Origin: an uncultured Planctomycetota bacterium
GTDB taxonomy: Bacteria; Planctomycetota; Planctomycetia; Gemmatales; Gemmataceae
Assembly: GCA_963849325.1 (NCBI GenBank)
Contig: CAWKHF010000012.1
Span: 1,312,001-1,376,000 of the forward strand
DNA: 64,000 nt
Direction of reading: 5' to 3'
Shown here: positions 36,216-46,967 of the stretch, in pieces
How positions within the stretch are numbered: the first letter of the stretch is position 1
Layout: each line of letters opens with the position of its first letter
Translations under genes and position numbers: made by a program
The notes under the pieces: generated by a model
Told to the model about the DNA's origin: nothing
The model's database searches: none
The model's input: only the letters and a program-made list of their open reading frames with translations

Positions 36216-38479
36216 TCAGGGCAATCGCTTTAGTGCGGCCTGTGCTTCGCGCGTCTGCCGGGATTCCCTCCATCCCTTGGCCAATTCTTGCAGGATCTTC
36301 CGCGCCTCCACGGAACCGATCTGCTCCAACAGCTGAATGGCTCGCAACGAACGTAAGTCGTCAGGGGAAGGGCAACGTTGTCCAAGGTCTTCGAGAATCT
36401 GCTCGATGCGTTTGCGAGTCTCCAGCGATACCTTGCCGCCTTGCGCCTGGCGCAGTCTCCTTTCAGCGGGTTCGCCCGCCGCCCGCAAGGCTTTGGAAGC
36501 ATTCTCTCGTCGGGTGAACTCGCCGCTATCAAGATCGGCGATCCATTGATCGAATGGAAATTCCCGAACCGGCGTCGGCCGCAGGTGCGTTTTCAGAAGC
36601 GTTGTGGCCTTCGGCGGATCACGAAGCAATATCGCCAAGGCGTGGTAAGCGGTCTTCGCCTTGCCCGCAGCGAGATCGGCCCATAGTTTGGCCTCTTCCG
36701 TTTCGCCGGGCACTTCCTATTTGGTACGAGCAGACGGTGCGCCGGGATGTCCCACAGATAGATCGCGCCGTCCTGTTTTCCCACAGCGAGCTTGCGTCCC
36801 TCCGCGGAAAGAAGCACTTTGCACACACCCTTTTGGGGTAGGAGACACGTCAGCACTTCCTGGCCGCTGTCCACTTCCCAAAGATGGAGGCTGTTGCCCG
36901 CCGCCGTCAACAGCAAGAAGCCATCGCGGGTGAAGGCGGCGGTTTCGGCCTTTTCGAGAACACGCATCAAACGCCGCCCACTCTCGCGATCCCAGACAAG
37001 GACGTGATATTCGGGATAGGAGCGGTACGTGGTTGGAGAACGCTCCGTCACCTGGTGAAAGCCATAGCCAACGAATCGCTTGCCATCCGTGGAAAAACGG
37101 ACGGAAGAAACACCGTCCTCCAATGTCCGCGCGAGGCGTCCGGTAGCGACATCCCAGATCCGCACGCGATGCGTGTTCTCCAGAAAGGCCCTGCCATTGT
37201 CAGCCAGGGCATTCCCGCTGGAGAGCAGAAGTTTGTCGTCGGGGGAGAAGGCGAAGGAAGACTCGTAAATTCGTTGAGGCGACACGAGGGACCGCCCTTG
37301 TCCGCCGGTTGTCTCCCCGAGGCGGTTGATTCCGTCATTCCCTCCGATGACGAGTGTTCGTCCGTCGGCGGAGAAAGCGGCGCAATGCACGCCCGTTCCC
37401 TCCTCGTCTAGTCGGCGCAGGCGCTCCCCGGATCGCAAATCCCACAGGCCCCAGTCAATCTCCGGGGCCGCGAAGGCCATGAACTTCCCTGCCGGATCGA
37501 CAGCGAGCGCCCATTGAGGACCGTGATCGTGCATGGCGAGCTGGAAATTCCAAGGAGTGCGGCGTGGCGGGATGATCTTGTGCAAGCGCTCGCCGGTTTT
37601 GACGTTCCAGGAAATCGGCTTGGCCGCGAGGCTGACCGTCACCAACGTGGCGCTATCCGCCGCGAAAGCCATCTCCCGAACGGGTAGCTCATGGTCCATT
37701 AAACGCAACGGAACCGAGAGAGCGATCCTGTCTTGCGAGGGTGGCGCGAGCGTGACCGATGCATCCTGACTCCAGAAGCCATCCTGAAACGCCGTCTCCC
37801 AGCCGTGCAGAGTGCGCAGCTGCTCCATCTCCTCAACCGCGAACTCCTGATAAAAGCTCGGATACTTGTGCCACACCTGCCCCGGATAAGCCGCCAGACT
37901 TCGGACTTGACTGGCGAGTTGGAACGCGAAGTCACCCTTGGCATCGGTGGCCGTCTGAGCCAGCACCTTCCCGTTTAGTGCGTAGGCGAGCACCTTGATC
38001 CCCGAACGGGTCTCCCCCTTGGCGTTGCGCACCGTGCCCTTCAATGTGTAAGGCCGCAAGGGAGCCAAGGCGATCTCTTCAAATATCTCCGTTCGAGTAG
38101 ATCCGTTGGATCGGCGGGGAAGTGCGGCACCCATTTCTGCGTAGATGTGAATATCGCCGCCCGTCTGCCTGTCGATGTCACCACCTTTCTTGACGACGAA
38201 CGCCCAGGTTCCGCCTACGCTGGAAACCATCGCCCCCGGCTCAAGGAAGCACGTCCCTTCGCCTCCGACCAGTTGAACATGCGCTCCATTGCGGAGCACG
38301 AGTTCTCCACGGAAACCAACTTCTCGAGTTTGCTTATCGAGAACCTTCGCCGAGGCGGACCAGCAGAACAGGGTCTTTTTTCGCGCCGCTGGCTCCTGCT
38401 CGGCTGCCCTCGCCGAGGTGGCGAGCAATCCCACGAGGATCTCCAGGCCCAGCATGAGCAAGAAATCTCGTCTTCGCAT
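36216..38479 (-). CDS. WD40 repeat protein with signal peptide and a C-terminal helical domain; frameshift near 36715
   Basis: AFSADG/FSPDD...WD repeats, a transthyretin-like LKGTVRNAKG...TDAKGDFAF segment, and the DLDSGEFTRRENAS...LRAIQLLEQIG tail. Confidence 0.78.
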
Positions 38480-38507
38480 GGGTGAACTCCTGTCGAACCG
38501 GCCTCGT

Positions 38508-38716
38508 TCAGCGCATCAACCATTCCACGACCATCACATCCGCCATCTTCTCGGATGACCCCTGAAGCTTCTCCATCGCTCCCGCCGCCTCATACACGGA
38601 CTTCAGCCAGCGGCCCGAGCCGGTGCCCTGATGGTTGTGGACATACAGTTCGGAGGGCACCGCCAGCGCCGGCAGCCCGTCGTACTTGAGTCCGCCCGGC
38701 AGCATCATCTCGTCGG
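38508..38716 (-). pseudogene. Orphan duplicate of the 3' end of the esterase gene at 39944
   Basis: [18 protein letters not shown]...HNHQGTGSG...EWLMR matches 39944-40161, with a 9-nt deletion. Confidence 0.85.
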
Positions 38717-38791
38717 CGGAGAGGAGCAGCCATCCGTGGATGGTTGTTCTCTGCTATCGCAGGTCTCGAATGTCCGCGATAGGCATGGTTG

Positions 38792-39841
38792 TCAGAGTGT
38801 GCCGGAGCGCGAAACGTGAATGCGGCCGGAAGGGCCTTCCCCGATTGTACCGATCACTGCCGCTTGGGACACGCCGGCTTCCTTCAGAGCGGACAGCAGC
38901 CTCTCGGCCCGCTCCGGAGCGACAGCGGCCAACAGACCGCCCGAAGTCTGGGCGTCACACAGGACCAGTTGCTCCTCCTTGCTCAGGTCCGCGTCAAAGC
39001 TCACCCACTCCATCAGGAAACGATGGTTGGCGTGTGTGCCGCCCGGTGCGATCCCCGCGCGCACGTACTCCCAGGCCGCCGGCAGGACCGGGACGCGATC
39101 CAAATTCACTCGGGCCGTCACCTTGCTGGCCGCGGTCATGTTGCGTAGGTGGCCCAGCAGCCCGAAGCCAGTCACGTCCGTCAAAGCGTGGACCCCGCCA
39201 ACGCTCGTGATGGACTCGGCGGCCACTCGGTTGAGGGTCGTCATGACCTGGATGGCCGATCCGATGGCGCTGAGCGTGTCGGCGTTGTTCTTGGCGGCGG
39301 TGGTGATGATGCCCAGCCCGAGCGGCTTGGTCAGGATCAGTACGTCTCCCGGCCTGGCCCGGTCGTTGGGAAGCACCCGATTCGGCGCCACCGTCCCGAC
39401 CACGGCCAAACCGAAGATCGGCTCGTCGGACTTGATCGTGTGGCCGCCCACGATGGCGATGCCGGCCTCCGCCGCCTTGTCGGCAGCGCCGCGCAGGATG
39501 GTGACGAGCACCTCCGGCGGAAGGTTGGCGTCGGGGAAGCCCACGATGCTCAGCGCCGTGAGCGGCTTGCCTCCCATCGCGTACACGTCGCTCAGCGCGT
39601 TGGCCGCCGCCACGGCGCCGAAGTCATACGGTTCGTCCACGATGGGGGTGAAGAAATCGGTGGTGAGCACCAGCGCCAATTCCTCGCTCAGCTTGTAGAT
39701 GGCGGCGTCGTCCGCCGTGGCGCTGCCGACCAACACGTTGGGGTCGGTGATGGCGGGAAGGGTCTGGAGAAGGGGTAGGAGATAACCGGGGGGCTGCTTG
39801 GCGGCGCATCCGGCTCGCTTGGCCATCTGAGTCAGGCGCAT
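38792..39841 (-). CDS. selD: Selenide, water dikinase (Cys-type)
   Basis: RLTQ...AGCAAK (TGC codon), DDAA, TTDFFTPIVD, ANALSDVYAMGG, GGHT, TKPLG, DVTGFGLLGH, DAQTSGGLL. Confidence 0.93.
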   Translation of the reverse strand: MRLTQMAKRAGCAAKQPPGYLLPLLQTLPAITDPNVLVGSATADDAAIYKLSEELALVLTTDFFTPIVDEPYDFGAVAAANALSDVYAMGGKPLTALSIVGFPDANLPPEVLVTILRGAADKAAEAGIAIVGGHTIKSDEPIFGLAVVGTVAPNRVLPNDRARPGDVLILTKPLGLGIITTAAKNNADTLSAIGSAIQVMTTLNRVAAESITSVGGVHALTDVTGFGLLGHLRNMTAASKVTARVNLDRVPVLPAAWEYVRAGIAPGGTHANHRFLMEWVSFDADLSKEEQLVLCDAQTSGGLLAAVAPERAERLLSALKEAGVSQAAVIGTIGEGPSGRIHVSRSGTL

Positions 39842-39866
39842 GTCATTGCTCCTCGGTTTGCCGATC

Positions 39867-39919
39867 AGCCCGGAGCGCTAGCGACGGGCATCCGCAACCC
39901 GTCGCTCGTGCTCCGAACT
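39867..39919. repeat. REP-like hairpin
   Basis: AGCCCGGAGCGCTAGCGACGGG...CCCGTCGCTCGTGCTCCGAACT, related to 28915. Confidence 0.65.
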
Positions 39920-39943
39920 TGTGGCTCATTCCGTTCGTATCTC

Positions 39944-42067
39944 CTAACGCAGCAACCATTCCGCGACTTTCTCATCCATGATCTTTTCGGATGATCTTTG
40001 AAGCTTATCCATCGCCCCGGCAGTTTGGTATACGGCCTTGAGCCACTTGCCGGAGCCTGTGCCCTGATGGTTGTGGACGTACAATTCGGACGGCGCGGCC
40101 AGCGCCGCCAGCGCCGGTAGTCCGCCGTACTTGAGTCCGCCCGGCAGCATCATCTCGTCGGTCGTCGTCCGCACCTTGTCGAAGCGGAAGCCGTCGAAGT
40201 CCGCCGCCGTCCGCGCCACGGTGTCGCCGCACAGGCCGCGCGCCAGCAGCACCCACGGACCCGCCTTCTCGAAGCCGACCAGATGCACCGTCTTCGTCTT
40301 CTCGTGGCCCTTGGCGAAGGCCACTGCCGTCAGGATGTCGTGGACGCGCTGGGCCAGCAGCGTGCGGTTGTAGCCGAAGGTGAAACCGGCGTATTTCGCA
40401 TCGACGGCGAAGGGCTTGTCCAGCGACAACTCGCCGGTGCCGAACACGTCCACGGCGAGGATGGCCGCCTTGCGGTCGAGTATTTGCTTCGCCGCCGGCA
40501 CCAGCTTGCCCTCGCGGTACAGGCTGGCCTTGCCCTGCGGATGAATCCACACGACGACCGTGCCGTCGAAGTCCATCGGCAGCAGGCCGATGGCCGGGAC
40601 GCGCTCGTTCTGCCCCTTGCGCGTCAGGAAGAAGCGGCGCGAGCAGATACCATCGTGCTTCTCCATCTCGCCCATGCGCACTTCCTCGACCTGCTCGGCG
40701 GGCGGCAGCTGGTCGGCCATCATCACCCGCAGGGCCGTGCCGAAGACGCGGCGATACTCGGCCAGGCCCGCCGCATCCTTGGGCCGCAGCGCCTCGATTT
40801 GCTTGTCGGATTCCTCCGTCATGTATTGCCGCAGCCGCTCGACGCCGACGCTGTCGGCCGGCCGCGGATGTGCCTCGTCGTAGACGCACAGCTCCTTCGG
40901 CGGCACCGGCTGGAACGGCTTCTCGACGACCGGCTCGGGTTGGCCCAATTGCAGATGCTTATTGAACCAGTTGTACATGACTTCGCGGCTGACCTGGTTG
41001 TAATTGTGCCGAACTGCGGGAAACAGCTGGGCCAGGACGCGGTCCTCGGCGCCGTAGAGCTTGTACAGCGCCTTCAGCTCCGGCAGGCCCTTGCGTCTCG
41101 ATGTCGATGGTCCAGTCGTCGGCCCCGGTCATGCCCAGCGGCTTCGGCGCGAACAGGCCGGCCAGCTCGATGTTGCCGGTGCCGACGCGCAGATACGAGC
41201 AGTTCTCGCAGACGCAGCCGCCCTGCATGGCCGTGGACACCATGACGGCGGGGAAGGCGACGGCCGGCCGGTCGTCGACGGCGCCGAGGAGGAACGTCTG
41301 CGTGCCGCCGCCGCTGGCGCCGGTGACGCCGATGCGGCGCGGCGTCCACGTCCGGCAGACTCAGCAGGAAATCGAGGGCGCGGATGCTGTTCCAGGTTTG
41401 CAGGCCCATGAAGCTTTGCAGGCGCAGCTCGGCCTCGGCGTCGGTGAAGCCTTTGCGATGCTCGATAGCCGTGCTGTCGGCGTAGCCGACCATGTCGTAG
41501 TGGAAGACGACGCAGCCCATGCGGGCCAGCTGAGCGCAGCGCGCTTGCAGCGGATAACTGCGCTCCCTCCGGCGTCTTCTCGGCGCCCTGCTTGATCTGC
41601 TCGGCGACGACCTTGTCGTTGGCCTCGAAGAAGCGGCCGTTGGCCCAGTGGCCGTGCGGACAGAGCACGCCAGGCAGTTTGCCCGTCTTGCCCTTGGGCC
41701 GATACAGGTTGCCGCTGACGTAATGGCCGGGATAGCTGGCGAAGAAGACCTTCTCGATGGTGTAGTCGTCGCGGTCGATCTTGCCGTGGATGACGGGATG
41801 CAGCGGCGTCTTGTCCGGCAGCGGCCACAGGCCGTTGGCGACGAGTACCTGTTCGCGGACGGCCTGGCGACGCGCCTCCCACGCTTCTTTCGTGGCCGGG
41901 ACGCGCAGGAAAAAATCCTTGTCGTTGAGCGTTCGGACCTTGCCGAGCCGGCTATCGGCCGGTTTCTCCCCGGACGGCAGGACGCGAGTCGGGTCCGAGT
42001 CGGCCGAACGCGCCGGCAGGATCGTGAGAGCGAGCAACAAGGGCGGCAGGCAGAGCAGACGCTTCAT
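39944..42067 (-). CDS. Secreted acetylxylan-esterase-like alpha/beta hydrolase with a second hydrolase-like domain; frameshifts
   Basis: Signal peptide, YTIEKV...[28 protein letters not shown] nucleophile, CVCEN, HNYN. Confidence 0.82.
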
Positions 42068-42172
42068 GGGAGGAGTCCTCGCAGGGCGGGTCCGAAGTTC
42101 CGGCGATGGACCGAGCGTAAACGCTCGGAAGGCCGCCGTCAACCGCCTGCCCGCGCCGCCCGCTTGCCCTGT

Positions 42173-42206
42173 TCACGCTCACGCCGTCGGTTCCAGCAGG
42201 CGATCC
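42173..42206 (-). repeat. Duplicate of the last ~11 codons of the DUF1802 gene (44961-44994)
   Basis: 31/34 identical. Reads DRLLEPTA*A* versus DRLLEPTAWA*. Confidence 0.8.
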
Positions 42207-42261
42207 GCGCCCACCTGGAGCCGCTTTCCTCTCTTTGGTAGGGTCTGTCAAGGGTCAAGGG

Positions 42262-43107
42262 TTAAGCAATCTGCTTCCAAGTCGTGAGGCTGACTGTATT
42301 ATCACCACGGGTACAGAACCAGAGCTGGCATTCGCCTTCAGGACCAACGGTCGCGAGCAGATCCCCTTGTTGGCCCGGAATCCTACCCTGGGGGGTGGGG
42401 ATTTCGAGTGGAATGAGCCGGAGTTGCGCAGCTTCCCGGACTCGAATTCTCCCCCGTAACTTTCACCTGACGAGCCGAAAATTGCAGAAGCCGTATTCGA
42501 GGAACCCTCAACACCGTGGTTAGACGCCGTGGTCCCAAAAACTCCTACTCCATTAATAGAATTTCCATAGACACCGATACCGCCAACCGAGCTGCCCTGG
42601 ACCCCCGTGGAGGACTGGGAGTCGCCAGACACACCGATAGAGGCGTTGGAGGTGCCAGAGACACCGAATCCATTGTCACTGGTGCCAGACACACCGATTC
42701 CACTGTCGCTTTCGCCCAACACGCCGGAGCCTGCAGCGGCCCGTCCCACGACGCCAGCCGGGCCACTGTTCGTCGGAGTGGTCCCTTCCGCGATGCCCAT
42801 GACTCCCGATCCCCCAGCCACGCCGCCAATTCCCACAACTCCTGCTCCTTTCCCGTTCGTTGCGCTCGGGATTACCGGCGTTCCCGTGCCGCCGGCCGCG
42901 CCGCCAATCCCCAGAACGCCCCTTCCCGTCCCTCCGGCCCAACCCCAGAACGCCGTCAAAATCCCCACTCACATTCCCGCCGACCTTCACTTGTAAAATG
43001 ACGCCCCCCTGGAAGTGCGGCAGTTGGCCCGTGAAATCGTGGTTAGTGGCAATCAGTTCGGTCTGGGTGTCCGACGTGTTCTGATCTCCGAGAGATAAAT
43101 CAGACAT
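42262..43107 (-). CDS. Gly-rich decapeptide (GVxGxSxxGx) repeat protein; frameshifts
   Basis: About 10 repeats such as GVLGESDSGI, GVSGTSDNGF, GVYGNSINGV. C-terminus AQLRLIP...GDLL...LWFC...WKQIA. AAGGA RBS. Lower GC. Confidence 0.7.
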
Positions 43108-43238
43108 TGTTTGTCCTTTTTGTATTACATACACGGAATGGGTAAATTTGTTATTCGAGCGTGCCGGCATCGAACCAGAGCCAATAGAGCAACGCATTGG
43201 CGCGCTGTCAAGCAGAATCCAGGCACGAAAGGGAAAGA

Positions 43239-44759
43239 GGGTGTGCAGCTGTTACTTGGGTGGGAAATTTGCGTCTGCCCGTGGTAGGGTGAATGGCGAT
43301 CGGAAATCCACCCCTCCTTCTCGCACCCGGAGTTTTGCCATGTCCGCACGAAGCGGATGATGCCGCGGCGACCCAGACCCGCGAAGAACGCATCGAAGCC
43401 ATCCTGAAGCAACTGCGGCCGAAGATCGAGGCGACCGTTCGCCGCCTGGTGGAGCGGGCCGTGGACGTGCCCGGAGGCGGAGGAGTTCGGCGCCATCGAC
43501 TTCGAGTTCCGCGACGCGGGACAAGAACTGGCCAACGAGGTCCGGCAAGCCAGTGTGGCGAGCCGGAAAAAAAGGGCTACGTAGGCTGCAGCGTGACGTG
43601 CCACGCACTGCGCGCTACGCCGCCAAGTTTCACTCGTACCAGCGGCGGCGGATCGTGACGGCGCATGGGGCCGTCGGGGTGCAACGGGCCTACTACTACT
43701 GCGGCCGGTGCCGGCAGAGCTTTCTTCCCTACGACGAGGCGTTGGGCTTGGTGGACGAGGTCAGCCCCGGCCTGATGCCGCTGGTCTGCTCTGGCGGGGA
43801 CGCTGCTGCCGTTCGCCGATGCGGCCGGGGACCTGCTGCAGCGGTTCGCCGGCGTGCGACTGTCGGCCTCGACGGTGCTGCGCGACACGGAAGGGCGAAG
43901 GCGAGCGGCTGCGGGCGCAGCAGAAGGCGGGGCGGATGGTCGAGCCGACGCAGCCGGAGCCTGCCTGGACCGCCGCACGCGGGAGCCGGCCAACCGGCGG
44001 CCTACGTGGGCCTGGATGCGTTCAGCGTGCCGATGCAAGGCATCGGGGCGGGCAAGGCCGAGCACCGCATGCTCTACACCGCCTTGCTGTATACGCCGGG
44101 CAAGGAACACAGCCGCTACCTGGTCGATTTTGAACTGGACGCCTTGGCGGAGCAGGTGCGGTCGCAGGCGCGGGCGTTGGGCGTCGCCCAGGTCAGCGAC
44201 CTGATCGCGATCACCGACGGGGGCAACGGGTTGGAGGAGGCGTTGCAGCGTCACCTGGCCGAGGACCTGCACGACGATCCTGGACTGGTATCACGCGGCC
44301 GAACACCTGTGCGACTTCGCCAAGGGTCTGGCACGCGCGACGACGAAGCGGCGCGTACGCAATGGCAGACCGAGGCGAAGGGGATCCTCTACGAGCAAGG
44401 GGGCGAAGCGTTGCTGACGCTACTTGCAGGCGTTGGCGTTGCCGGCGGGCGCGTCGGCGACAGGTGCGGGAGGAGTTGCGGAAGCTGATCGGCTACTTCA
44501 CGAACAACCGCCATCGCACGGATTACCCGAGCGTACCGGCGCAAGGGTTGGGACATCGGCAGCGGCCCGACGGAGGCGGGCTGCAAGATCATCGGGGAAC
44601 GCTTGAAAGGATCGGGCATGCGTTGGGTCGAGGACGGCGCGGTCACGGTGGCTTCCTTGCGTGCTTTGTACGTCAGCGGCGGCAAAATCTGGGACGGCTT
44701 CTGGGCCCAGCCACGCCGCCGCGCGGCCTGAATGTCACCCAAGTAAAAGATGCACACCC
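43239..44759 (+). mobile_element. Insertion sequence, ISKra4-like (1521 bp)
   Basis: 24-bp terminal IRs GGGTGTGCAGCTGTTACTTGGGTG / CACCCAAGTAAAAGATGCACACCC (2 mismatches) and a 9-bp target duplication AGGGAAAGA at 43230-43238 and 44760-44768. Confidence 0.92.
43340..44731 (+). CDS. DDE transposase, ISKra4-like; frameshifted
   Basis: RAYYYCGRC, GLDA, ITDGG, ILDWYHAAEHL, IGSGPTEAGCK...RLKGSGMRW. A7G3 run at 43567-43576. Confidence 0.85.
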
Positions 44760-44800
44760 AGGGAAAGAGGGAAAGAAAGATCCAGATAAGTTTTTGGACC

Positions 44801-44956
44801 ATGCCCGCGGGGAACGTCCGCGAAATCGAGGTCGTCCTCCCACCCGAAGAATTTGCGAAAATGGCCAAGGAGGTGCCCTATACCCTCCACCCCGTCAACG
44901 CCAATCCACGCTATCCGTGGAAGGTCCGCGAGGGCGTTACGATCATCCGCGAATAA
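44801..44956 (+). CDS. Small hypothetical ORF or gene remnant (51 aa)
   Basis: MPAGNVREIEVVLPPEEF...TIIRE with protein-like composition. The frame continues upstream across the IS insertion point. Confidence 0.35.
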   Translation: MPAGNVREIEVVLPPEEFAKMAKEVPYTLHPVNANPRYPWKVREGVTIIRE

Positions 44957-44960
44957 GGTA

Positions 44961-45539
44961 TCACGCCCACGCCGTCGGTTCGAGCAGGCGGTCCAGTGCC
45001 CGCAGCACGTCGTCGAACGCCTGCTCGTCCAGCACCGGCGCCGCTCCTTCGGTTGTCAGATCGCGGTCCAGCTCAACCCAGCTGCGGCAGCCGGCGTACT
45101 CGGCCGTCTCGGTCAGCTCGTGAATGATCGGTGAGCGATAGACGCGCACCGGCAGGACGTACAACTCCGGCCGGCGGTACTCGAAGCGCGCCTGCACCGT
45201 CTCCTGCGACCAGCCGTGCATGCCGGCCAACTTCCAGGCGGCGGTCAGATCGTGGACGTGATAAATACCGGCCACCTCGGCCAAGTGCGACAGGCGGACC
45301 ACTCCCGACGGCGGCCGTTCCGCCTCGACCTGCTCCAGGAGCGGCACCATCTCCGGCGTGATGCCGTCCTTCTGCTGATGCACGTAGGTCGGGTACAGCC
45401 AGAAGCGCGTATGCTCGACGCGGAAGACGCCGCCGTCCTCGGCGATGCCGCCCTTGCGCAGGATCAGCGCTTGCCGGCCCTCGGCCAAAGCGCGACAGAT
45501 GACGGCCCATTCCTTGAAGGCATGGCGAAGGGTGCTCAT
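44961..45539 (-). CDS. DUF1802 family protein
   Basis: AFKEWAVIC...GRQALILRKGGI.E, FWLYPT..HQ, YAGCRSWV. Confidence 0.85.
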   Translation of the reverse strand: MSTLRHAFKEWAVICRALAEGRQALILRKGGIAEDGGVFRVEHTRFWLYPTYVHQQKDGITPEMVPLLEQVEAERPPSGVVRLSHLAEVAGIYHVHDLTAAWKLAGMHGWSQETVQARFEYRRPELYVLPVRVYRSPIIHELTETAEYAGCRSWVELDRDLTTEGAAPVLDEQAFDDVLRALDRLLEPTAWA

Positions 45540-46567
45540 AGCGATTCCGCCTCTCCCTTGGGTGAGCGCAGCATCAGGTCGGTGACGGCGGCGCGCGGAT
45601 CCTTGTCCTCGTACAGCACGCGGTAGACCTCCGCCGTGATCGGCATGTCGAGACCCATTTGGGCGGCCCGCTCGTGGACGCTGCGGCGGTGTAGGCGCCC
45701 TCGGCCACCATGGTCATGCCGGCCTGAATGTCGGTCCAGCGTTCGCCGCCGGCCAGGCGCTGGCCGACGCGGTGATTGCGGCCGTGCGGACTGACGCAGG
45801 TGGTGATGAGGTCGCCCAGGCCGGCCAGGCCGGCGAACGTCCGCGCCTCCGCTCCCAGGGCGACGCCGAAGCGCGTCATCTCGACCAGACCCCGCGTCAG
45901 CAGCGCCGCCTTGGCGTTGTCGCCCAGGCCCAGGCCGTCGTTGATGCCGGCGGCGATGCCGATGATGTTCTTCAGCGCCCCGGCCAGCTCGACGCCGACC
46001 GGGTCGGGGTTGGTGTACACGCGGAAGCGCTCGGTGCCGAACATCTGCTGGATGGACCGAGCCAGCTCGAGATGGCGGCTGGCGACGACCACGGACGCCG
46101 GCAGGCCGCGGCTGGTCTCCTCGGCGTGGCTGGGTCCGCTGAGCACGGCCACCTTCTCGACGCCGAGCACCTGCGACACAATCTCGGTCGGCCGCAGGAA
46201 CGTGCCATTCTCCAGCCCCTTGGTCAGACTCAGTACCGGCGGCCCCGGCCGCACCGCCGACGCGATGCGGCTCAGCGTCGCGCCGGAGGTAGATCGTCGG
46301 GATGGCGGCCACCCACAGTTCGGCGCCGGCGACGGCTTGCGGAATGTCCGTGGTCAGCTCGACCGCCGGCGGGATGGGTACGCCGGGCAGCAGCCGGACA
46401 TTTTCGCGGTGCCGCTGCAACAGCCGGCCGTTGTCCTCGCGCGCACTCCACAGGCAGACGCGATGGTGCGGATTCCGGGCCAGGAGCAGGGCGATGGCCG
46501 TGCCCCAGGCGCCGTCGCCGAGGATGACAATCGCGGTGCGCATGTCAAAACGACTCGCCGCGTCCAT
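45536..46567 (-). CDS. gpsA: NAD(P)H-dependent glycerol-3-phosphate dehydrogenase; frameshifts
   Basis: GDGAWGTA, TKGLE, SGPSHAEE, GALKNII, GDNAKAAL, GLGDLITTC, GRN. Confidence 0.93.
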   Translation of the reverse strand: MDAASRFDMRTAIVILGDGAWGTAIALLLARNPHHRVCLWSAREDNGRLLQRHRENVRLLPGVPIPPAVELTTDIPQAVAGAELWVAAIPTIYLRRDAEPHRVGGAAGAAGTESDQGAGEWHVPAADRDCVAGARRREGGRAQRTQPRRGDQPRPAGVRGRRQPPSRAGSVHPADVRHRALPRVHQPRPGRRRAGRGAEEHHRHRRRHQRRPGPGRQRQGGAADAGSGRDDALRRRPGSGGADVRRPGRPGRPHHHLRQSARPQSPRRPAPGRRRTLDRHSGRHDHGGRGRLHRRSVHERAAQMGLDMPITAEVYRVLYEDKDPRAAVTDLMLRSPKGEAESL

Positions 46568-46577
46568 AAATCCCTCT

Positions 46578-46645
46578 CGTTTAGCCGCGACGCGCAGCGG
46601 AGCGCGGGAATACTCCCGCGCTCCGCTGCGCGTCGCGGCTAAACG
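46578..46645. repeat. 66-bp palindrome family, copy 3
   Basis: Same arms with centre GGGAATACTCCC, about 10 nt upstream of the gpsA ATG. Confidence 0.9.
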
Positions 46646-46967
46646 GGGAACTGCCTTCATCATAGTCCCGGCCAGCGCGACGAGCCAGCCGCGCCGGTAG
46701 GCTGTGCCGGATGGGGCGGCCGGCGCTCGGCCGATTTCGGCGGAAATTCGCAAGTCGGCGCGTCGTCCGTGCCGATGGAGGAGGGGAGAGGATTGACGCC
46801 TGCTCCGTAAAGCGCTCCCGTGGAGGGGCCGGAGCCGGCCGTCGGCGGAAGAGGCAATCCCGGCCGGTTCCGCCGATGCTCGAAGGACTCCGGCCGGGGG
46901 GGCCTTGATGCGGCTCTCGTAGGCAGACCGCGGCCCCGTGGACGTTTTGTGGCCTGGAGGATCAGCT

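Noticed and set aside
39800-39815. Selenocysteine in SelD
   Set aside because: The codon is TGC (Cys), with no in-frame TGA.
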